A DNA stretch of 64,000 bases from a virus: the IMG/VR virus record IMGVR_UViG_3300025674_000016, positions 32,001 through 96,000 of that record. One strand, 5' to 3'. The position numbers were made by a program, and so were the translations under genes. Positions 40,271 to 49,405 of the stretch are shown in pieces (positions within the stretch are counted from its first letter, which is position 1; each line of letters opens with the position of its first letter). The notes beneath the pieces were generated by a model that worked only from the letters and a program-made list of their open reading frames with translations, ran no database searches and was not told the DNA's origin.

Positions 40271-43200
40271 GAATCCTACATTGTGGTGATATCCACATTA
40301 GAAATCTTAAAAGACATGATGAATACAGACAAGTATTCAGTCAGTTTTATGAAAAGGTAAAAGAATTAAACGTTGACGCCATCTATGTTGCTGGCGACCT
40401 CGCACATACAAAGACACAACTCAGCCCAGAATACTTTGAGTTGGCTTCTGAGTTCTTGAGCTTTCTTGCAGACATCGCGCCAACGATTGTTATCCCAGGC
40501 AACCACGATGGCAACCTGAGATCAACAAAGCGTCAAGATGCCATTACGCCAATTGTTGATGCTCTTGATCACCCAAATCTGGTTCTCTTAAAGAATTCGC
40601 AAGAGATAAAAGTAAAAAAAGGTCTTGTTTTTAACCACCTTTCTGTGTTCGATCAAGATAATTGGATTGAGCCAACTGATCCCGATGCTATTAATATCGC
40701 TCTCTATCATGGCTCAATCAGCGGTTGTATGACTGATAGCGGTTGGGTTATGAAGGAGGGCGAGAATAATATTACTATTTTTGAAGAGTTTGATATGGCA
40801 ATGCTCGGTGATATTCACTTGTCCAATCAATCTCTTGATAAAGAAGGGCGATATAGATATTGTGGTAGTCTTATCCAACAATCGTTTGGCGAGACCAACG
40901 ATAAAGGTTTTCTTGTTTGGGATATCCAGGGCAAGGACGAGTTTACTGTTGAGCACCACATGCTGGAAAACCCCAGCCCATTTATTACAATTGAATTAAA
41001 TGAAGAAGGCAAGATTCCAGATGAAATAAACATCCCAGACAATGCCAGATTAAGACTAGTGTCGGACATTAATCTGCCCCTTGTAACAAGGAACAGAGCA
41101 ATCGATGTTGCCAAAGCTAGGTTTAACCCTGCTTCTGCCTTCTATTATAACCGTGGTAAAAAGCAAAGAAAAGAATTAGAGCAAGTCAAAACAATAAGCC
41201 AAGAAGATACACGGGACTTGGCGGTTCAAGAAAAGTTGATCAAAGAGTTTTTGCAGGACTACAAGGCTAGCGATGAGACTTTAAATAAAATCTTTGCATT
41301 GAACAAAAAGTACAACTCCGCTGTAGAAGAGAATGAAGACGTTTCTAGAAATATTAATTGGAAGCTTAAGTCTGTTTCGTGGGACAACTTATTCAATTAT
41401 GGAGAGGAGAACTATATTGATTTCGAAAAGCTAAACGGCATTGTTGGTATTTTCGGCAAGAACTACTCAGGAAAGTCTAGTATTATTGACTCTATTCTGT
41501 TTTCTCTATTCAACTCTACGTCCAAGAATGAAAGAAAAAATTTGAATATTATCAACCAGAACAGAGAGTGGGCTCAAGGTAAAATCGACATTGAAGTTGA
41601 TAACAAGACCTACTCTATCTTAAGGCAGTGCGAGAAGTACACAAAGAAACTCAAGGGCAAAATAACAAAGGAAGCCAAAACAGATGTGGAGTTTACTGTA
41701 ACAGATAACGCCACTGGAGATGTTGAAGAGCTTAATGGAACATCGAGAAACGATTCTGATAAAAACATCAGAAGAGTATTCGGAACTCTCGATGATTTTC
41801 TTATTACTTCAATGAGTTCCCAGGGTGGAGCACTTTCGTTCATCAACGAAGGGTCAACAAAAAGAAAGGAGCTGCTTGCAAAGTTTTTGGACTTGGAAAT
41901 CTTTGATAAAAAGTTTAAGATGGCAAAAGAAGACGCATCAGACTTGCGAGGTGCCTTAAAAAGAGTGGAAGGGCAAGAATATGCCAATGATATAAAAGAA
42001 GCAAAAGAAAATCTGTCAATCAACGAAAACAAGATCCTAGCTCAAAAAAATAAGTGCAAAAGCTTAGAAGATAACCTAGCAGCAATGCAATCCGAACTTC
42101 AAGAAGTAGAGGCACAGATTAGTTCAATACCTGCTGAGATTGTTAATGTTGCAGAGTTAAAAAATAAATTATCAAACAATCAGAAAAAGTTGGAAAAGAC
42201 GCAAAGAGAAACAGAAGCCAACAACCTTCAGATCAAAGAGTACTCTGCGAAACTTAAGAAGGCTCGTAATTTTCTAAAGGATTTTGATATCGATTCCTAC
42301 AAGAAAAAGCAGCAACAAGTCGAAGAGGTAAATAAAAAGCTTAAAAAACTATCGGAAGATGAGAGGAGCCTTCTTTCCGAGATAAGAACAAAACAGAGAA
42401 AGATTCAACTTTTGAGCGAGGTTCCATGCGGAGATGAGTTTAGAAATTGTAAATTTATTAAAGATGCATATCGAGCAAAAGACGCGATCATTAGTGACAA
42501 CAAGTCCCTAGCCAAGTTAAACGTTGATAAAGGAGCTTATTTGACCGAGATCGAGAGTTTGAACCCTGACCAAGTTGATGACTATTTGCACAAGCATGAA
42601 ATGCTGGTGCGAAAGTGTGAGGGCTGGGAAAACAGTATTTCAATGTTGGAGCTGGGAATAGAAAAAAACAAAGCAATCTGTGAGTCCCTTTCTAAAGAGA
42701 TCGGAGAACTGCAAACAAAAATCGCAGAGTACGAAAAAAATAAAGAAGCTATTGAGAACATGCAAAGCCTGCTTGAGCAAAAGAGTGGAATCACATCCTC
42801 AGTAAAACTTCAGCAAGTTAACTTGGAACATTGCAAATCTAAGGTTCTTGATCTTTACAAGGAGAATGGATCATTAGAACAAAAAATTCAAAGTCTAGAA
42901 GAAGAAAAATTGCAACTAGAAGCTCTTCGTGATGAGTATTCGAGCTACGAGTTGTTTATGCGATGTATGCACTCAAACGGCATTTCTTATGACATCATTA
43001 AAAGAAAGTTGCCCGTCATCAATGATGAGATTGCAAAGGTATTAACAAACGTTGTTGATTTTGAAGTTTTCTTTGAGGAAGACGGCAAAAAACTAAACAT
43101 CTTGATCAAACACCCAAAGTACGATGCAAGACCACTTGAGATGGGCTCAGGAGCAGAAAAAACAATTGCAGCAATGGCAATTAGATTAGCCTTGCTTTCT

Positions 43201-43422
43201 GTGTCAACTTTGCCTCAGCCGGACCTATTTATTCTAGATGAACCTGGAACTGCTCTTGATGAGACAAATATGGAAGGCTTCATCAGAATATTAGATATGG
43301 TGAAAGGTTATTTCAAAACAGTTCTTCTTATTTCCCACCTTGAGTCCTTAAAGGATTGTGTTGACAAGCAGATCACCATCGAGAGAAAAGATGGATATGC
43401 CTACGTCAACTACACAGCCTGA
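40267..43422 (+). CDS. fused SbcD/Mre11 nuclease - SbcC/Rad50 ATPase (gp47-gp46 fusion)
   Basis: GDIH, GDLAH, GNHD, GDIH (metallophosphoesterase); Walker A GKNYSGKS, coiled coil, GSGAEK signature, Walker B ILDEP, LISH. Confidence 0.92.
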   Translation: MRILHCGDIHIRNLKRHDEYRQVFSQFYEKVKELNVDAIYVAGDLAHTKTQLSPEYFELASEFLSFLADIAPTIVIPGNHDGNLRSTKRQDAITPIVDALDHPNLVLLKNSQEIKVKKGLVFNHLSVFDQDNWIEPTDPDAINIALYHGSISGCMTDSGWVMKEGENNITIFEEFDMAMLGDIHLSNQSLDKEGRYRYCGSLIQQSFGETNDKGFLVWDIQGKDEFTVEHHMLENPSPFITIELNEEGKIPDEINIPDNARLRLVSDINLPLVTRNRAIDVAKARFNPASAFYYNRGKKQRKELEQVKTISQEDTRDLAVQEKLIKEFLQDYKASDETLNKIFALNKKYNSAVEENEDVSRNINWKLKSVSWDNLFNYGEENYIDFEKLNGIVGIFGKNYSGKSSIIDSILFSLFNSTSKNERKNLNIINQNREWAQGKIDIEVDNKTYSILRQCEKYTKKLKGKITKEAKTDVEFTVTDNATGDVEELNGTSRNDSDKNIRRVFGTLDDFLITSMSSQGGALSFINEGSTKRKELLAKFLDLEIFDKKFKMAKEDASDLRGALKRVEGQEYANDIKEAKENLSINENKILAQKNKCKSLEDNLAAMQSELQEVEAQISSIPAEIVNVAELKNKLSNNQKKLEKTQRETEANNLQIKEYSAKLKKARNFLKDFDIDSYKKKQQQVEEVNKKLKKLSEDERSLLSEIRTKQRKIQLLSEVPCGDEFRNCKFIKDAYRAKDAIISDNKSLAKLNVDKGAYLTEIESLNPDQVDDYLHKHEMLVRKCEGWENSISMLELGIEKNKAICESLSKEIGELQTKIAEYEKNKEAIENMQSLLEQKSGITSSVKLQQVNLEHCKSKVLDLYKENGSLEQKIQSLEEEKLQLEALRDEYSSYELFMRCMHSNGISYDIIKRKLPVINDEIAKVLTNVVDFEVFFEEDGKKLNILIKHPKYDARPLEMGSGAEKTIAAMAIRLALLSVSTLPQPDLFILDEPGTALDETNMEGFIRILDMVKGYFKTVLLISHLESLKDCVDKQITIERKDGYAYVNYTA

Positions 43423-43672
43423 CAACCTCATCTACTTCTCTGAAGGTCGCAGAGAAGTTATTATCTATCTTATTACAATCCATAAAAAACTAAGCCCACC
43501 TCAGATCTCTAACCTATGGGAACGCCATAGGTTTCTTTGTATTATCGAGAATAAAATAAGAACAGACAGTATAAACAAGAGAACTTTAAAAAAGATACAA
43601 AAAGAGATAGAATATGCTTATGAAAAATTTGATGATTTGTTTGAAATGATCAAACCTAAACTACTTATATAG
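43391..43672 (+). CDS. hypothetical protein
   Basis: ORF filling the gap after sbcCD; ATG at 43391 is the likelier start. Confidence 0.5.
   Translation: MDMPTSTTQPDNLIYFSEGRREVIIYLITIHKKLSPPQISNLWERHRFLCIIENKIRTDSINKRTLKKIQKEIEYAYEKFDDLFEMIKPKLLI
43661..43667 (+). promoter_or_regulatory. putative late promoter element CTACTTA
   Basis: AACTACTTA upstream of GGAGG RBS and GTG 43692, where structural genes resume. Confidence 0.5.
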
Positions 43673-43691
43673 AAATCGGAGGGTAAATATT

Positions 43692-43850
43692 GTGAAAATT
43701 AAAAAAGGCAGATTGCGACAAATAGTTAAAGAAGAATTAGATAAGTTTGTTGCAAAAGTAAACACTCGTACCCTGAACGAAAGCAAATCAACCCCAGATA
43801 AAATTATAGCTCTTTTGGAAGAACTAGAAAAAGATGGCAATAAAAACTAA
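43692..43850 (+). CDS. 52-aa protein with MKIxKxxLxQIxKEE leader (absent from ORF track)
   Basis: Read manually: MKIKKGRLRQIVKEELDKFVAKVNTRTLNESKSTPDKIIALLEELEKDGNKN; GGAGG RBS. Confidence 0.75.
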   Translation: MKIKKGRLRQIVKEELDKFVAKVNTRTLNESKSTPDKIIALLEELEKDGNKN

Positions 43851-44304
43851 TAATGATGGCGTTATTGTACATATTACCAATGTATTTAGAGAACGCGGCA
43901 CTTCCTTTGGGTTGTCGTCGTTACTCAACAGTCCATTGGCTTTGCGAAGGTTGTTGGAGGAAGTTTTGGGAGTAAATTGGAACGTAACTTGTCTTGAGGG
44001 GTCTGGCTACTCGAACGTATCCGATACCTATAGCATTAAAGAGGCTGATGTAGTCTTGCTTGTGGATACTTCTGCGAATCCAAAACACATAACTCTACCA
44101 AACCCCTCAACTGAAAATGGAAGAATAATTGTTGTTAAAGACTCTGGCGGTCTTACTTGGAAAAATGCGATAACAATCTCAGGCAGCCTGCAAAATAGTG
44201 CAACAGAGATCCAAATCACTTCTGAGTTTGGAGGGGTTGCATTAATTTCTGGGTGTACGGATAACGCTAATTTTCACAAATGGTATCTGATTGGATCAAT
44301 ATGA
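43834..44304 (+). CDS. fibre/decoration-like structural protein
   Basis: VLLVDTSA...ITLP....GRIIVVKD.GG....AITI motif typical of fibre domains. Confidence 0.55.
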   Translation: MAIKTNNDGVIVHITNVFRERGTSFGLSSLLNSPLALRRLLEEVLGVNWNVTCLEGSGYSNVSDTYSIKEADVVLLVDTSANPKHITLPNPSTENGRIIVVKDSGGLTWKNAITISGSLQNSATEIQITSEFGGVALISGCTDNANFHKWYLIGSI

Positions 44305-44313
44305 GGTAGTTAT

Positions 44314-45054
44314 ATGACTCAATATACTTCGCATGTATCGCAAAGTGCAACAACAATTTATGTAAAATCTGCTAGTGGTTTTGATGACGACACTACCTTT
44401 GGATCTTCACCTGCAAATAATCATGAAGTTACAGGAACTGTAAGATTTGCAAATAGGGTGTTTATAGAGAATCAAAATCTATATGTTACGGCAGACGCTG
44501 AAATAAATCAAGACCTGACTGTAGATAGTACAATTTACGGATCTAGAGTTTCGATTGGACCTAACAATTCGACACCACTAGTAAATTTAGAAATACACCA
44601 TACCGGAACAAAAGATCCAACGAATCTTTTTGCTGGCAACGGTGGTGGTGAATTTGTTTATTTTGGCACAGGGTCATTGACATTTGGAAAAATCTATTAC
44701 CTAAACTCGGACGGAGGCTGGGATGCTGTAAATGCCAATGGCACAGGGTCATTGGGCTCTTCAAGTGCTGGCAACCAATCTATTCTCGGTATAGCTCATG
44801 GGTCCAACCCTGCAACCAGTGGATTAATGATAAGAGGCTGGTGGAACCTTAATGGTGCTTCTCCGTATTTTACGGGTTCTTGGGTTACGGGATCGGCTGT
44901 ATATATTTATTCAGGATCAGCAGCAGATGCTGGAAGATTAACTGCAACTGCGCCAACAGGTGCCGGGGCTTATGTGAGGATTGTTGGCTACTGCACAGAT
45001 ACCCCAAATGTAATCTACTTCGATCCAGATAAGACATGGGTTGAAATTTCGTAA
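44314..45054 (+). CDS. tail-fibre-like structural protein
   Basis: Gly/Ser/Thr-rich; GLMIRG...VYI...G.LTATAP...VRIVGY...IYFDPD. Confidence 0.55.
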   Translation: MTQYTSHVSQSATTIYVKSASGFDDDTTFGSSPANNHEVTGTVRFANRVFIENQNLYVTADAEINQDLTVDSTIYGSRVSIGPNNSTPLVNLEIHHTGTKDPTNLFAGNGGGEFVYFGTGSLTFGKIYYLNSDGGWDAVNANGTGSLGSSSAGNQSILGIAHGSNPATSGLMIRGWWNLNGASPYFTGSWVTGSAVYIYSGSAADAGRLTATAPTGAGAYVRIVGYCTDTPNVIYFDPDKTWVEIS

Positions 45055-45065
45055 TAGGTGACAAA

Positions 45066-45254
45066 ATGATGAAACAAATCGCAGACAGATATTTAGATAA
45101 GTTTATGAGCCGCAAGCTGCTTGTTTGGCTTACAACGACAGGATTCCTTATTTCTGGCCATGTTACAAACGAACAGTGGATGGCAATTGCCCTAGCTTAT
45201 GTAGGCGTTCAGGGCTTCGCAGATATTGCGGTAAGGTGGAAGGCAGGAAAGTGA
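45066..45254 (+). CDS. holin-like small membrane protein
   Basis: 62 aa, SRKL followed by two hydrophobic helices and a basic C-terminus. Confidence 0.55.
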   Translation: MMKQIADRYLDKFMSRKLLVWLTTTGFLISGHVTNEQWMAIALAYVGVQGFADIAVRWKAGK

Positions 45255-45661
45255 TTACTTGGTTGGGCACAAAACTTTTTCTCAAGAAAGCCTGGGCTTG
45301 GCTAAAAACTTACTGGTATATTCCACTCTTAGCCTCTTGGTTGATTATCGCTTGGCTTGTTTTTAGGAAGGACAATGCAGAAGATATTCTAGATGTTTTT
45401 TACGAAGCCGAGCAAAGCTATAAAAAGCAGATAGAAGCCATCGAGAAAGCCCACGCAGAAGAAATAAAAAAAAGAGACAAGGCCCTTTCCAAGTATCAAA
45501 GAACAATCGAGCAACTAGAAAAAGAATTGGAAAGGCGTAGAATGCACTTAAAAGATGCAGAGCGCGAACGAATCAGAGAACTCTCAGAAGAATTTAAAAA
45601 TAAACCTGATGAATACACAAAAAGAATTGCAGAGGAGTTTGGATTTGAATTTGTGGAATAG
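45251..45661 (+). CDS. membrane-anchored coiled-coil protein (i-spanin-like)
   Basis: GTG start overlapping the holin stop (GTGA); N-terminal TM (YWYIPLLASWLIIAWLVF) then coiled coil. Confidence 0.5.
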   Translation: MITWLGTKLFLKKAWAWLKTYWYIPLLASWLIIAWLVFRKDNAEDILDVFYEAEQSYKKQIEAIEKAHAEEIKKRDKALSKYQRTIEQLEKELERRRMHLKDAERERIRELSEEFKNKPDEYTKRIAEEFGFEFVE

Positions 45662-46124
45662 TCTTAAAGTTTTAATTTGTGTGTCTTTGGTCTTGCTCAT
45701 TATAGCCTTCCCAATGGAGCTTTTAGCTCAAGACTTGGAAAAGCCGAGACCGCTGATAACAAATTTAAAAAAAGATGAGCCTGCTCCTTTTGATGGTGTT
45801 CTACTTGACTCTTGGGCCATGTCAGAAATCATGGCAGAGATGGAATACGATCAAAAAAGATTTGAATTAGAATTAGACTTTATTAAAAAGAAAAAAGATG
45901 CAGAATGTTCCCTAGAATATGAAACACTCAAAGCAAGCTTTGATAGTTTAAAATTTAAGCACAAGGAAGTGCTCGAAATCAAAGATACCGAAATAGAAAA
46001 CTTAAGAGAGATAACAACTGAAAAAAAAGATTATTCTACATTATGGTATGTGGGAGGTTTTATCTCTGGTGTCGCACTATCCGTTGGGGCAGCATATTTG
46101 GCATCGGGAGCGTTTGGTAAATGA
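45645..46124 (+). CDS. secreted/membrane coiled-coil protein with C-terminal TM (spanin-like)
   Basis: TTG start after GAGGAG; signal-like N-terminus, APFDGVLL, coiled coil, C-terminal WYVGGFISGVALSVGAAYL. Confidence 0.45.
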   Translation: MNLWNSLKVLICVSLVLLIIAFPMELLAQDLEKPRPLITNLKKDEPAPFDGVLLDSWAMSEIMAEMEYDQKRFELELDFIKKKKDAECSLEYETLKASFDSLKFKHKEVLEIKDTEIENLREITTEKKDYSTLWYVGGFISGVALSVGAAYLASGAFGK

Positions 46125-46312
46125 GCGCAATAAATGGAGTTGATATGGCAAATATTGGAAAAATAATGGGCATTGCTGTTTCCACTGGCACTGGCACTAG
46201 TACAGCGACCCAGACAAATCGTGGTGTAGCATTACCATCCACTAGGATTGTTACGCAGTTTAATATTCCGACCGCTGGCGCTTTTAGACCAGGCACATCA
46301 GATGGAACATAA
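46121..46312 (+). CDS. small hypothetical, probably virion-associated
   Basis: ATGA overlap; INGV..ANI.KI.GI pattern. Confidence 0.55.
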   Translation: MSAINGVDMANIGKIMGIAVSTGTGTSTATQTNRGVALPSTRIVTQFNIPTAGAFRPGTSDGT

Positions 46313-46321
46313 GAGGAAAAA

Positions 46322-47320
46322 ATGACATATCCATTACCTATTTTAACTTGGGAAAGAAGCGATATAAGCTCGTTTTCAAGTCCAACTGTTTTTGATATCT
46401 TGACATCCCTTAATAGTATTTTTGTAAGTTCTAGTTATTGGGAAGTAAAATCAACAGATATATCTATTACTGGGTCTTCCGATTATTATCTTGAGGTTGG
46501 GCCTATTACTAGCGCATCTTCTTCCTATGTTAACCAAAGAATTATTTTTGCTGGTGGTGCCAACCCAAATTCCATGTCAGTGGGATATACAGCGAATGCC
46601 AGCAGGCTCATGATTAACTACTGCCCAGACATAACAGGCCGAACAGAATCAGCAGCAAATTGGAAAACGGCAGATCCATTCTCTGGTTCTAGTATACCTG
46701 GTAAGGGCTTTGTCAAGCTAGGAGATACGTTTTCTACTATTACTCGTCTCTATGGCTTGATATGTCAAGAGGGGGTTATTTTAAATCTTAGAAAGGGGCT
46801 AGGGACTAACACTGCCTATCCATTCATGGCCGGTGCCCTTGTTGACCCCGGCCATGGAAACGGAGGGGACGCAAACAATCGACGTTGGATTTTGGCCTCT
46901 CAAGGAAGTTATGGAACATGGAATTCATCAACGCATGCTGCCATACCACAGACATCCGCCAATTTTTTTCTAAAAAACACAAGCACCACAAATGACTATC
47001 CTCACGCTTTTGTATGGAAAGAGTCTGACGACACTTGGGACTATAGTGTGGTGTGTGATACTGCGCACGATATCGAAGCAACATTGAGCAACAATAGAGA
47101 TATTGTTGATGACCAAGGATACATTGTACCACCACCAATGAGGGTTGTGGGGGGTAACGGCTCCCCAAATCGGGCTTACGGCTTTTTAAGGCAGATTTAT
47201 TTTTGTATTATTGGACAAGACGCAGTAGTAAAGCAAGGCTTAACGAGCAATGATTTATATTTTGTGTGGAGCCCGGTGAGTTCTAGTGACGGTGATGCCT
47301 TCATGGTAACTAATTTTTAA
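46322..47320 (+). CDS. hypothetical protein, tandem paralogue A
   Basis: Colinear similarity with 47333-48367. Confidence 0.75.
   Translation: MTYPLPILTWERSDISSFSSPTVFDILTSLNSIFVSSSYWEVKSTDISITGSSDYYLEVGPITSASSSYVNQRIIFAGGANPNSMSVGYTANASRLMINYCPDITGRTESAANWKTADPFSGSSIPGKGFVKLGDTFSTITRLYGLICQEGVILNLRKGLGTNTAYPFMAGALVDPGHGNGGDANNRRWILASQGSYGTWNSSTHAAIPQTSANFFLKNTSTTNDYPHAFVWKESDDTWDYSVVCDTAHDIEATLSNNRDIVDDQGYIVPPPMRVVGGNGSPNRAYGFLRQIYFCIIGQDAVVKQGLTSNDLYFVWSPVSSSDGDAFMVTNF
46912..46991 (+). repeat. 80-bp exact direct repeat (second copy 47941-48020)
   Basis: tggaacatggaattcatca...aagcaccacaa identical in both paralogues. Confidence 0.9.
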
Positions 47321-47332
47321 AAGGAGAAGACA

Positions 47333-48367
47333 ATGACATACCCACTACCTACTTTAACTTGGGAGATGAGTGAACAAGAAACTTTTTCAAGTCCAACTAT
47401 CTTTGATATCTTAACATCTCTTAATAATATTTTTACAAGCGCATCATACTGGGAGGTTAAAAATTCAAGCCTCGCATCGACCGGCTCTTCTGATCATTAT
47501 CTTGAGGTTGGACCTATTACTAGTGCCTCTGCATCTTACGCAGATCAAAGAATTATTTTTGCTGGCGGCGCCAACCCAAATACCATGGCATCATATTACA
47601 CACAGGTTTCCGACCGTTTAATGATTAATTTTTGCCCGGATATAACAAACAGAACACAGACAGCAGCAGATTGGAAAACAGCCGATCCATTTGATGGAGC
47701 AGACATACCAGGAACAGGCTTTGTTCAGCTTGGAACCTCATATAGCAGTATGAGTAGGATTCATGCGATCACTTGCCAAGAGGGGGTTATTTTGAATTTG
47801 CGAAGAGGAATTGGTAATAACACTGCCTATCCATTCATGGCCGGGGCTCTTGTTGACCCCGGCCACAGCAACGGAGGGGACGCAAATAATCGACGTTGGA
47901 TCTTGGCCTCTCAAGGGGGGGGCACGACGTATTCTCCATTTGGAACATGGAATTCATCAACGCATGCTGCCATACCACAGACATCCGCCAATTTTTTTCT
48001 AAAAAACACAAGCACCACAAGTAACTATCCTCACGCTTTTGTCTTAAAAACCTCCACTAATAGTTGGGACAGCAATGTAGTATGCGATACTGCGCACGAT
48101 ATTGAGGCAACCTTAAGTTCATTTAGAGACATCCTTGATGATCAGGGATACTTGGTACTTCCCTCAACTAGAGTAGTTAGCGGCAATCCAAAGTCTTCGC
48201 CAAGCTTAATGTACGGTTTCTTAAGGCAGATTTATTTTTGCATCAATGCTAGGGATAGAGAGTCTGGGCAAAGTTCGGATGGAGAAAACATATTTTTTGT
48301 ATGGGGGCCAGTTCAGGATGAAGCGTCTAGTCCTGCTGATTCTTTTATGGTAACAAACTTTTCATGA
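47333..48367 (+). CDS. hypothetical protein, tandem paralogue B
   Basis: Colinear similarity with 46322-47320. Confidence 0.75.
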   Translation: MTYPLPTLTWEMSEQETFSSPTIFDILTSLNNIFTSASYWEVKNSSLASTGSSDHYLEVGPITSASASYADQRIIFAGGANPNTMASYYTQVSDRLMINFCPDITNRTQTAADWKTADPFDGADIPGTGFVQLGTSYSSMSRIHAITCQEGVILNLRRGIGNNTAYPFMAGALVDPGHSNGGDANNRRWILASQGGGTTYSPFGTWNSSTHAAIPQTSANFFLKNTSTTSNYPHAFVLKTSTNSWDSNVVCDTAHDIEATLSSFRDILDDQGYLVLPSTRVVSGNPKSSPSLMYGFLRQIYFCINARDRESGQSSDGENIFFVWGPVQDEASSPADSFMVTNFS

Positions 48368-48382
48368 CACAGCAAAAACAAT

Positions 48383-48766
48383 ATGAAAGACTACAATCAA
48401 ATAGCAAAATTTGAACAAGCCATCCAACAAAAGTATGGCGAAGAAGCAGTCCAAAATCCAAAAGCAAATTGGTCCGAGGACAAAGAAGAAGAATACTTAA
48501 ACCAAATCAAAAAGCTTCACAATAAACAAAACAAAAACAAAGAGGACAAAGACAAAGTAGAACACAATGGCTTTTTAATATCAAAAAAACTACTTAATAA
48601 AGACTCTGAGCGTCTTTGCCCAACGTGTAATACTTACTCATTTAGCATAAAAGACGATGTTTATATGAGCAAGTTTGAATGCTGTTTTGATTGCTATATC
48701 CAATGGGTCGAAGGCAGAGAAGAAAGATGGCTCTCAGGTTGGAGACCAGAAAAACAAAGTGCTTAA
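48383..48766 (+). CDS. hypothetical Zn-binding protein
   Basis: CPTC...CCFDC motif. Confidence 0.7.
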   Translation: MKDYNQIAKFEQAIQQKYGEEAVQNPKANWSEDKEEEYLNQIKKLHNKQNKNKEDKDKVEHNGFLISKKLLNKDSERLCPTCNTYSFSIKDDVYMSKFECCFDCYIQWVEGREERWLSGWRPEKQSA

Positions 48767-48781
48767 AAATGGGAGAATGTA

Positions 48782-49378
48782 ATGAAATTATTACTTGAAC
48801 GTTGGCGAAAATATTTGAATGAGCAGGATGAGCACGCGCTCTTAAATGAAGCTACAGATTTAGTAAAAAATGGCGAGAACATTATAATGTTTTCAGATTA
48901 TGCTAAGAAGCACATTGAGAGTGGCCACAAGAAACCCGGACTTGGTTCTATCTTTGCCGATTTTGACCTCTCTTTGGTTAGCAAAACTTTAGGCACGATC
49001 CCCCTAGAAGGGAATGGTGGAGTCTATTCAGTGGAAGTTCCGGGCGTTGGATATGATTTGGTGTTGCCAATGGACGAAGCCTTGCAATTACCGGACGCAC
49101 AGAAAACAGTCGTTACAAAAGAAGAACGCCAAGGCCCAGTTGAGGTTATTGGCATCAAAACCTCTAAGCCGCTTTCAGGGTTTTTGCAAAATAAGCTTTC
49201 AGTTGTTGTTAGACAAACAAAAAATATGCAATATGTACCCGATGATGTAAAAGAGCAAGTTGCTGATGCTGTCGCGCAAGGACGCGTCTATTCTGTTTTG
49301 AGCGCTTGGCCCGGACGAGGCGACGTGCCCCCTTCAAGCAAATGGGGAGAGGACTGGGCGGTAATTATACCTTCTTGA
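48782..49378 (+). CDS. hypothetical protein with MKLLLERWRKYLNE leader
   Basis: GGAG RBS; two LNE sites in the first 23 aa. Confidence 0.7.
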   Translation: MKLLLERWRKYLNEQDEHALLNEATDLVKNGENIIMFSDYAKKHIESGHKKPGLGSIFADFDLSLVSKTLGTIPLEGNGGVYSVEVPGVGYDLVLPMDEALQLPDAQKTVVTKEERQGPVEVIGIKTSKPLSGFLQNKLSVVVRQTKNMQYVPDDVKEQVADAVAQGRVYSVLSAWPGRGDVPPSSKWGEDWAVIIPS

Positions 49379-49405
49379 AAGAGAACTTAAATTTAGGAGA
49401 TTAAT

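Noticed and set aside
45125-45250. ORF-track starts at 45125 (also 1150, 43358, 45555, 51345, 57200)
   Set aside because: Downstream starts fit RBS position or stop/start overlaps better.
46322-48367. Diversity-generating retroelement (TR/VR pair)
   Set aside because: Differences are mostly third-position and not adenine-specific, both copies are full genes, and no reverse transcriptase is in the window.
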